DNA from: an uncultured virus (IMG/VR IMGVR_UViG_3300045743_000142)
Lineage: Duplodnaviria > Heunggongvirae > Uroviricota > Caudoviricetes > Schitoviridae
DNA length: 64,000 nt
Direction: 5' to 3' (one strand)
IMG/VR virus record: IMGVR_UViG_3300045743_000142
Shown piece by piece: positions 57,788-64,000 of this stretch. Position 1 is the first letter of the stretch. The number at the start of each line of letters is the position of its first letter. Both the position numbers and the translations under genes were made by a program. Under the pieces are notes generated by a model. It saw nothing but the letters and a program-made list of their open reading frames with translations, did no database searches and had not been told where the DNA came from.

Positions 57788-57960
57788 GGAAATAACTCTT
57801 CCGTAGATCGAGAATCATCAGGTGACTCGTCAGTGGTAAAGGTATCAGTGTTCCAGTCACACTCAAGATTACCTAGAGCACTACATAGCCGCTCATACGC
57901 TTCTTTTGGTGTACCTGCTGTTACCGTAATGGTGACGTTTAGGAAAGTAGTTTCCATCAT
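57784..57960 (-). CDS. small acidic protein, 58 aa
   Basis: MMETTFLNVTITVTAGTPKEAYERLC..., ATGA overlaps on both sides. Confidence 0.6.
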   Translation of the reverse strand: MMETTFLNVTITVTAGTPKEAYERLCSALGNLECDWNTDTFTTDESPDDSRSTEELFP

Positions 57961-58160
57961 GCTTTCACCTGTGCAGCTTCCTTGAGTCGAGCAAAGTTAG
58001 CCTGAACAAAGTCATAGGCTTCTTCACTCAAGCCAGTCAACCACCTAGCACGGTGATCGAACATGTTGTACTTAGCACTACTACGCACCTTTTCGTAGGC
58101 TTTCCATGCTTCTATCTGAAGCTGGGTGAAGGGTAGGGGAGTATCTCCACTGTCGTTCAT
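57957..58160 (-). CDS. hypothetical protein
   Basis: YEKVRSSAKYNMFD; tightly packed operon. Confidence 0.65.
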   Translation of the reverse strand: MNDSGDTPLPFTQLQIEAWKAYEKVRSSAKYNMFDHRARWLTGLSEEAYDFVQANFARLKEAAQVKA

Positions 58161-58163
58161 GGT

Positions 58164-58349
58164 TTAGTCCGTATAGCTACCGCGGTGAGCTGGTGTGATC
58201 ACAGCTTCCTCGGGATTCTTTTTCAAAGCCACCTTGACTGCATGGCGAGCTGCCCGCTCCTCTGACTTCATCAAGCATTGGCCAAACTTGGAGGCTTTGC
58301 CTCGTCTGCACTGAGTACAGCTGCAGGACTTCACGGTACCCTTGTACAT
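58164..58349 (-). CDS. small basic protein with CxCxxC
   Basis: KSCSCTQCRRGK; tightly packed operon. Confidence 0.65.
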   Translation of the reverse strand: MYKGTVKSCSCTQCRRGKASKFGQCLMKSEERAARHAVKVALKKNPEEAVITPAHRGSYTD

Positions 58350-58493
58350 TCAGGATTCCTCGTGAGCCAAGTGAAGGAATAGGTACACCATAGCCAGGTA
58401 GGCTGCATCAGGATGACCATGACGGTTGAATCGGTTGGTGTAGTACTTGTGCCAGCCGATATTTGTGTTGGGGTACTTGGATGGGGTTCTCAT
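58350..58493 (-). CDS. small hypothetical protein, 47 aa
   Basis: MRTPSKYPNTNIGWHKYY...AHEES*, abuts the next ATG. Confidence 0.5.
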   Translation of the reverse strand: MRTPSKYPNTNIGWHKYYTNRFNRHGHPDAAYLAMVYLFLHLAHEES

Positions 58494-58548
58494 GGTGTAT
58501 ATTCCGTTTACCGGCTGCGGGTATCAGCAGTATCTCCAAGGAATTGAA

Positions 58549-58626
58549 ATGCTGCAAGCGACGAAGAAGACTGCCCCCGTCAAGAAGAGCGGTGGTGGTA
58601 AAAAGGGTGGTGGCGGTAAGTGCTGA
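58549..58626 (+). CDS. Lys/Gly-rich 25-aa peptide
   Basis: AAGGA RBS, MLQATKKTAPVKKSGGGKKGGGGKC*, followed by a terminator. Confidence 0.55.
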   Translation: MLQATKKTAPVKKSGGGKKGGGGKC

Positions 58627-58660
58627 ACCACTGAACTACCGATCTCCTACAAGGAGATAC

Positions 58661-58690
58661 GAAAACGCCCTGGTGATCCCAGGGCGTTTT
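58661..58690. terminator. bidirectional terminator
   Basis: AAAACGCCCTGG-TGATC-CCAGGGCGTTTT. Confidence 0.8.
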
Positions 58691-58692
58691 GC

Positions 58693-58857
58693 TTACTGCT
58701 TCGGTAGTGCGGACACAGAAACACCAACCAGAGGGTCGATGCTTCCGTTGTCGTTGAAGGTATCCGTCAGATGCTCTGCTGCGGAGATGCCCAAGTTCTG
58801 GGCATCTTCCAAGTCATCTGCTTCTACCGTAAGTACTAAGGTGACTTCTACTTTCAA
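58693..58857 (-). CDS. small acidic protein, 54 aa
   Basis: TTG start overlapping the vWA stop; KVEVTLVLTVEADDLEDA. Confidence 0.55.
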   Translation of the reverse strand: MKVEVTLVLTVEADDLEDAQNLGISAAEHLTDTFNDNGSIDPLVGVSVSALPKQ

Positions 58858-60170
58858 GCAGTCACGCCTTGAGCCTTACCAGCCACCTTCATCAGAGCTG
58901 AAGGCACCGACCACTTGCGACCCTTGGGGGCCAAAGAGTTCTTCAGGATGGCCGTCTGCACGATGCCGTGAGCACCACAGAACATCCGAGCGTCTTCACG
59001 AGTCTCGAAGTACCGGAAGTTCGGAGTCACCGGGATCGGGCTCTTGGTGGGTGTGGTAGACACCGGCACTTGGAGCAGCTGTACCGGTGCAGTAGGAGCC
59101 GCCACAGGAGCCTTGGGCTGCAGGTAAGCCAGGTCCGCTGCAGTGAACGGAACACCAAGTTCCTTCCAGTACACGACACCCGAACCACCGACCAGTTTGC
59201 GGTTCACCGACTCGCTCTGAATGAACAGGTCGAAGTTCTTGTGGTCACCAGGGTGCAGACGGGCATTCCGATCGGTCGGCAGACCAATCATCTGGCGAGC
59301 TTCCTTGCCAGAGTAGATCTTGCCGGTGACCTTCTCACGTACCAGAACCAGCTTGGTGTGGGACACCTTGGCTTCGGTCTTCGACAGTTGGTAGAAGGCA
59401 GCACCCTTCAGGTACTCCATGCGGTGCTTCAGGATGAAGTCACGGATCTGGATGCCTTCGTCAGCCGGGTCTACCACATACAGGCTGACCTTCTTCGAGA
59501 TGTCTTCCAGCACCGCCAGGTTGACCTGGGCAGCGTTGGCGTAGAACGAGCTCGAAGCGGTAGCGCCGGCGCTACGGGCAGCAAAGAAGCTACCCATGGC
59601 AGTGGTGGTCACCTGGGTCGATGCAGCCATGCCGGCTTCCGTGGTATCCCACTTCTGGATGTTGTCCTTGGGGAAGCCAATGCGTTCCAGTTGGGCCAGG
59701 GTCCACTGGTTGGCAGTCGACGGCACACGGGCCACGAACGACCAGCGACCGGTTGCCTTGACCGAGTTGATCAGGTCCGTCAGCGACTTCTCGTTGTAGA
59801 ACGTGCTGTGGGCCTCTTCACCGTCCGTGGTCACGAGGACCAGGAAGGAGACGTTCGTATCGGTGGCATCCGGCAGACCCTTGAACAGGTTCACCAGGTC
59901 AGCGATGCCGTCGAACAGCGGGGTGCCACCGTTGGTGGGCCACGAGGTCATGGGACGCAGCACGTGGGGGTTGGAGATCACCACCTGGCGCTTGGTCAGG
60001 GAGCCACCGGGGACACCCACACCGACCACCGACACCACGGTGTCAAGCATCTCGGTGTTGGCTGCGTTCTTCACGGCAGCGATCTGTGCGTTGTAGTCGG
60101 TCAAGGCTGCACGAGCCAGGTTCTGCATCGAGCCAGAGTGGTCGTTGACGAATCCGATGTAGTTCTTCAT
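58854..60170 (-). CDS. von Willebrand factor A (MIDAS) domain protein
   Basis: FVNDHSGSM (DxSxS), GGTPLFDGI, VTTDGEE; codon bias like highly expressed genes. Confidence 0.85.
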   Translation of the reverse strand: MKNYIGFVNDHSGSMQNLARAALTDYNAQIAAVKNAANTEMLDTVVSVVGVGVPGGSLTKRQVVISNPHVLRPMTSWPTNGGTPLFDGIADLVNLFKGLPDATDTNVSFLVLVTTDGEEAHSTFYNEKSLTDLINSVKATGRWSFVARVPSTANQWTLAQLERIGFPKDNIQKWDTTEAGMAASTQVTTTAMGSFFAARSAGATASSSFYANAAQVNLAVLEDISKKVSLYVVDPADEGIQIRDFILKHRMEYLKGAAFYQLSKTEAKVSHTKLVLVREKVTGKIYSGKEARQMIGLPTDRNARLHPGDHKNFDLFIQSESVNRKLVGGSGVVYWKELGVPFTAADLAYLQPKAPVAAPTAPVQLLQVPVSTTPTKSPIPVTPNFRYFETREDARMFCGAHGIVQTAILKNSLAPKGRKWSVPSALMKVAGKAQGVTA

Positions 60171-60189
60171 GTGTGTTTGTGTTGAGACG

Positions 60190-60213
60190 AAAAAATGGCT
60201 CCACTAGGGAGCC
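60190..60213 (-). terminator. intrinsic terminator
   Basis: GGCTCC/GGAGCC stem with a U-tract on the minus strand. Confidence 0.65.
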
Positions 60214-60239
60214 GGGTTGAGGGAACAGGTAGGTACTAA

Positions 60240-60467
60240 CTAGAAAGGAGTCAATCCCTTGTCGAAGGGTGTATCCGTGAAATCAACCCACACCCATGCT
60301 TGGACGTAGGTACCGTTGTCATCGCCCTCAGAAAGAGTAGCGTTGTCATCGACCTCGAGTAAACCTTCACTGACGCATTGGTCTTTGGCCATTTTGACGA
60401 TTGCAACTCGTCGAGTTTCAACCTCGTGTGCAGCGTCTATGTGGGCTGTTTCTTCAGGGCTTGGCAT
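60240..60467 (-). CDS. hypothetical protein
   Basis: LEVDDNATLSEGDDNGTYVQAWVWV; TGATG overlap. Confidence 0.7.
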   Translation of the reverse strand: MPSPEETAHIDAAHEVETRRVAIVKMAKDQCVSEGLLEVDDNATLSEGDDNGTYVQAWVWVDFTDTPFDKGLTPF

Positions 60468-60730
60468 CACAAATCCCCCATGCTCAAAGGCTCCAATCGA
60501 AAGCACTGAATCGTAACTACTTCATCATCTGTGTTTGTGGTGATCAGTAAACCATCTTGATCTTCACAGAAGGATGCTTTCTGATCACGGATGCAGATCT
60601 GTTCTTCGGCGTACTCACCTATCAGAGTGGCTGTTCGATCCTGAGGATCACAGCAGACATCAAAACCGTCTCCGTTGATCACAGCCTTTCCGGTCTTACT
60701 CAGTACGTCGTATGTGCTTACTTGTGGCAT
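60467..60730 (-). CDS. hypothetical acidic protein
   Basis: 87 aa, TAAGGA RBS after DNA polymerase. Confidence 0.65.
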   Translation of the reverse strand: MPQVSTYDVLSKTGKAVINGDGFDVCCDPQDRTATLIGEYAEEQICIRDQKASFCEDQDGLLITTNTDDEVVTIQCFRLEPLSMGDL

Positions 60731-60738
60731 TGGTTTCC

Positions 60739-63351
60739 TTATGCCATTGAGGGGACTTCCCCTTTGGTGGCTTGACAGATATTGAAGATCGTCTCCCGAT
60801 CAGCGTTGTTCGGGAGGGTTGTTGCCTTGGCCCATGAAGGCCAAAAGACATCTAGGGCAGCACCGAGCTTCACAGTGGGGTGCTGAATTTCAGGGAGCTC
60901 TTGCCACTGCATAGACTTGATCAGTTCACGGTTAGCCCATTCCATCACGTCACTACGATCCCTAACCAGGATGTAGATGGCGTCATGGATCAAACCAACT
61001 GGCTTGATATCAAAGCGATACTTCGAAGCCCAAACCTTGATCATGAAGTCCACTGCTGCACGGTTATTCAACAGGCCGTATGACTGCCCCATTGCGTTAC
61101 CCGCAGTACGCCCTTCAGCAGCAGCTTCATAGGGCACCCGAGTACCCCATACAACCTGACCCAACAGAGGGGTTCTTACTCGTAGTCCGAAAGCCACTTC
61201 AACGAATCCATCCTTGGTAGCTTTCTCAAGCCTCGTCTGGATGTACTCGTCGCTGACCTTGTACATCTCGTGATACTTGGCTTCGACCATTCGAGCTTTC
61301 ACCTCGTCCCATCCTTCGTTCACCATGAGCGTGTGGTACGTGCCCTGATAGGTGAGTGCGAAGGTAGGAGTCTTGGAATCCTGTCTCAGACTCTTGTGCG
61401 TCTTGGCTATTGAGTTCACTGACTTGGGATCATTCAGATCGATGTGTGGCAGTTGATCAGCGTAGTAGAACGCAGCACGAAGACAGTGCCCGTCAAACCC
61501 ATCGGTGTAAACCTTGAGTTTGTTAGGATCCTTCGTGGTCAGAGCCGAGATCATGTCCTCCAACGAATTGAAGTCCGCTCCACAGAACAACCAACCAGTC
61601 GGACCTACGAAGCACTCTTTGATGAGCTTCCCGTAGATCGAGTTGGCAGGGATGTTTTGTAGATTGGGATCACTGCTCGACAACCGTCCGGAGACGGTTC
61701 CGCCCAGATTGAAACTCCCATGAAGCCAGACTACGTTGTCACCCTTGAAGATCGCAGCCTCGAAGGCTGGGATGAATGTCGACAGTACCTTGGTGGCTTT
61801 GCCGTAGCCGATCAACGCAGCCAGGAGAGCTTTGTATGTTGGCTCCGTGGTGTGGTTGATCAGTTTCTCAAGAGTGTCAGCACCGGTGGCAGGTTGCTTG
61901 GTATCAGTGAGATCGAGTACCGGTAGACCCATCTGCTCGTACAGCAACCTCTGGAGCTGCGGACCTGAGTTTGGGTTGAACTCCACATCATCGAAGTGAG
62001 ACAGAGGATGCTGCTTGACCTTCAGCTTGGCATTGGCTTTCTCCATCTCCGTTTGACGGAAGATCAGGTTCAGCATCTTGATGAGTCCAGAGCCACGGAT
62101 CACAGCTAGGTGCCCAGCCTGTATGCCCTCGAGCTTGGTCTTAACCTCTTTCACCTTCACAGGATCCAAAGGCATACCTATGAGTTCAATCTGGATGATC
62201 AACTTCAGGCTAGGCAGCATGAGCGATCGATACAGCCCATCCTGGTTGTCTTCCACCATGATCGGGTAGTACTTGTCCCTCACGTAGGCTGTGGAGAGCC
62301 CGTCGATCAGGTTGTACTCAAGCAGCTTAGCCAAGGGCACCTTACGGATATCCTTGACTTCCACTGCCCAGTTCCCTGCAAACTCATGAGCCAGTGATTT
62401 CAAACCAAGCACATTACCTGCTGTACTGTTGATAGCCAGGTAGGTGATGATCTTGGTGTCGTGCATGTTCTTGCACAGCACATCCAAGCCAGTGAGCAGA
62501 CCTTCAGTATCCAGGGCATCCTTCATCCACAGGGTATAGATGATGACTTTCACATCGTAAGACGCGTGATGCCAGGTGATCTCTCCTTGATATGTTTCTA
62601 GGAAGTTCTTGATGAGAGCACGGACAACTGGATTCTCTTGGCGATATCCCTCAAAGCCCTCTACTGGTGGTACTGCATAGTTCTTGTAGTCACAAGCGAA
62701 TGCCAACCCGTTGTGCTGATCCCAGCAGAACGTGATGGTCCCTATCCCGGCCTCTGTAAACAGCAGCGAGAAGGCTTCAATGTCCGCGGTGAGCCTTGGG
62801 TACTGATGGAGCGATTCAAGGGCTCTAGCGATCTCCTGGACCCCTTTTGGGTACCATGCCGAATGGATGATTCCATGGCCAAGCACCTGGTAGGTACCCT
62901 TGATGTGATCCGACAGGGTTTTCAGGCTCAGGTCGAGCTTGACTTGCAGATCCGGGTTGTAGATCAGAGCTTGGTAGTTCAAACCAAGTACCACATTGAT
63001 ATGCTCGTATCCCTTCAGCTTGCAAGGGAAGACATACCCCAGGTGAGGTTCAGCCCTGGCTTGACCAGACAGCACCTTGAAGTAGTTCGCGTCAGCAACG
63101 TAGAGGTACTTGACTCCCAACGAATCCAGTGCAGGAAGCAAGTTGTCCAGGTACTCTTTGATGAACTTGGCCGGAGCCTTGTTCACTTCGTTGTACTTGA
63201 GGTTGAATGCGATGACATCCTTGGGGAGTACGCCACTCTTCTCCAAGGGAGCAACGTAGTTGTTGATGAGTTCCTGCTTGTTGAAGGCAGTACTCTTTAC
63301 CAACAGAGCAGTGTTGTAGGTGTTGTTCTCTTCAAAGATGATATGTCGCAT
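60739..63351 (-). CDS. DNA polymerase, family A (N4 gp39-like)
   Basis: ADIEA exonuclease motif, GRLSSSDPNLQN, GADFNSLE (A), RQDSKTPTFALTYQG (B), IHDA (C). Confidence 0.95.
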   Translation of the reverse strand: MRHIIFEENNTYNTALLVKSTAFNKQELINNYVAPLEKSGVLPKDVIAFNLKYNEVNKAPAKFIKEYLDNLLPALDSLGVKYLYVADANYFKVLSGQARAEPHLGYVFPCKLKGYEHINVVLGLNYQALIYNPDLQVKLDLSLKTLSDHIKGTYQVLGHGIIHSAWYPKGVQEIARALESLHQYPRLTADIEAFSLLFTEAGIGTITFCWDQHNGLAFACDYKNYAVPPVEGFEGYRQENPVVRALIKNFLETYQGEITWHHASYDVKVIIYTLWMKDALDTEGLLTGLDVLCKNMHDTKIITYLAINSTAGNVLGLKSLAHEFAGNWAVEVKDIRKVPLAKLLEYNLIDGLSTAYVRDKYYPIMVEDNQDGLYRSLMLPSLKLIIQIELIGMPLDPVKVKEVKTKLEGIQAGHLAVIRGSGLIKMLNLIFRQTEMEKANAKLKVKQHPLSHFDDVEFNPNSGPQLQRLLYEQMGLPVLDLTDTKQPATGADTLEKLINHTTEPTYKALLAALIGYGKATKVLSTFIPAFEAAIFKGDNVVWLHGSFNLGGTVSGRLSSSDPNLQNIPANSIYGKLIKECFVGPTGWLFCGADFNSLEDMISALTTKDPNKLKVYTDGFDGHCLRAAFYYADQLPHIDLNDPKSVNSIAKTHKSLRQDSKTPTFALTYQGTYHTLMVNEGWDEVKARMVEAKYHEMYKVSDEYIQTRLEKATKDGFVEVAFGLRVRTPLLGQVVWGTRVPYEAAAEGRTAGNAMGQSYGLLNNRAAVDFMIKVWASKYRFDIKPVGLIHDAIYILVRDRSDVMEWANRELIKSMQWQELPEIQHPTVKLGAALDVFWPSWAKATTLPNNADRETIFNICQATKGEVPSMA

Positions 63352-63356
63352 TTAGC

Positions 63357-63515
63357 TCACTTAGGGATGCAGCGGGAACGCTTTTCGATATCCAGGGACT
63401 GCACTGCCTTCTGGCAGGCAATATAGGAAGAGAACTCTCCCATGTAGCGCCACTCATACTGATCAGCGCGGGCATGTGGAGAGGTAATGATGGTCCAGAT
63501 GAATAACAGAGTCAT
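63357..63515 (-). CDS. small possibly secreted protein, 52 aa
   Basis: MTLLFIWTIITSPHARADQYEWRYMGEFSSYIACQKA...RCIPK*. Confidence 0.55.
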   Translation of the reverse strand: MTLLFIWTIITSPHARADQYEWRYMGEFSSYIACQKAVQSLDIEKRSRCIPK

Positions 63516-63523
63516 GGTCTTAC

Positions 63524-64000
63524 TTAGATCAGTAGATTGGTGACCAAGCGCCGCTTCATCATTCCAATTGGCTCCTGGTTCTTATCTCTGAGGTGCATCA
63601 CCCGTTCTTCTGCCAGGCGTGTCGTCTTGCAAGGACAAGTAGCCATAAGAGCATTGAGCGGATAGTGCACAGACTCGGGGAGGACTCGAAGATAGTCAGC
63701 CAGGTCACTCGATGAGTTGAGCACCTGGTTGATGAAACCAAGTACATAGGGTAGCTCATGGTTGTTGAGGGTACTCAGGTCTACCAAATATTCATCCATC
63801 TCACTACGAAGACTCGCGTGTAAACGATTCTTCTTGAGGGGTGGATGAGTAGAGTCGGTATTGTAGGTAACACCCTTGTAGGAGAAATGCTTGTGGCTGT
63901 AACCACCCATCAAGGTGTTCCTCATTACCAGGGTATCCAAGCGAGCCTTAAATTGCCTCTGCACCGGTCCGTAAAGGTACGAGTACAGAGCATCCTTCAC
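63524..64000 (-). CDS. hypothetical protein upstream of DNA polymerase (5' probably truncated)
   Basis: Open to the window edge; HFSYKGVTY. Confidence 0.7.
   Translation of the reverse strand: MKDALYSYLYGPVQRQFKARLDTLVMRNTLMGGYSHKHFSYKGVTYNTDSTHPPLKKNRLHASLRSEMDEYLVDLSTLNNHELPYVLGFINQVLNSSSDLADYLRVLPESVHYPLNALMATCPCKTTRLAEERVMHLRDKNQEPIGMMKRRLVTNLLI

Noticed and set aside
58968..60185. 405-aa plus-strand ORF
   Set aside because: Antisense shadow of the vWA gene
60739..63351. Inteins, introns or homing endonucleases in DNA polymerase (also checked RNR and TerL)
   Set aside because: ORFs are continuous and of expected size, with no splice-junction or endonuclease motifs seen
1..64000. tRNA genes, integrase/att sites, transposases
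   Set aside because: No cloverleaf with T-loop and acceptor stem, and no recombinase motifs found by eye; tRNAscan-SE or ARAGORN would be needed to exclude tRNAs firmly

Overview
This window is most of the genome of an N4-like podophage (Schitoviridae), shown reverse-complemented and circularly permuted. The probable genome-end junction is at about 7.1-7.25 kb. Left of it, on the minus strand, are early genes behind four C-GGA-G hairpin promoters of the virion-RNAP type, a Drc/gp2-like ssDNA-binding cofactor, the two-subunit RNAP II, an ATP-dependent DNA ligase, a small Cys-rich protein and an Rnl2-family RNA ligase (truncated, missing from the ORF track). Right of it, on the plus strand, is the late module: gp69-like/TerS, a lytic-transglycosylase-like protein, TerL, adaptor, portal, gp57, major capsid, gp55-gp51-like virion proteins and a 3585-aa virion RNA polymerase. 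A minus-strand replication and nucleotide block follows (resolvase, SSB, AAA ATPase, primase, PD-(D/E)XK nuclease, DUF5664, class II RNR, ThyX, vWA protein, family A DNA polymerase). It is interrupted by a plus-strand island of tail-fibre, lysis and metallophosphoesterase genes at 45.7-57.4 kb. The most notable unexplained signals are: a terminator-bounded, hairpin-rich ~340-nt candidate ncRNA between RNAP II and the ligases; a second hairpin-promoter family in the middle region; Phe in place of the motif-B Tyr of the vRNAP; a ~78-aa insertion in the major capsid protein; a heptad-modular gp54-like repeat protein; and an antisense 25-aa Lys/Gly peptide gene. All homology calls come from motif recognition and synteny by eye, with no database searches. 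I saw no tRNA, rRNA, CRISPR array, integrase or transposase.
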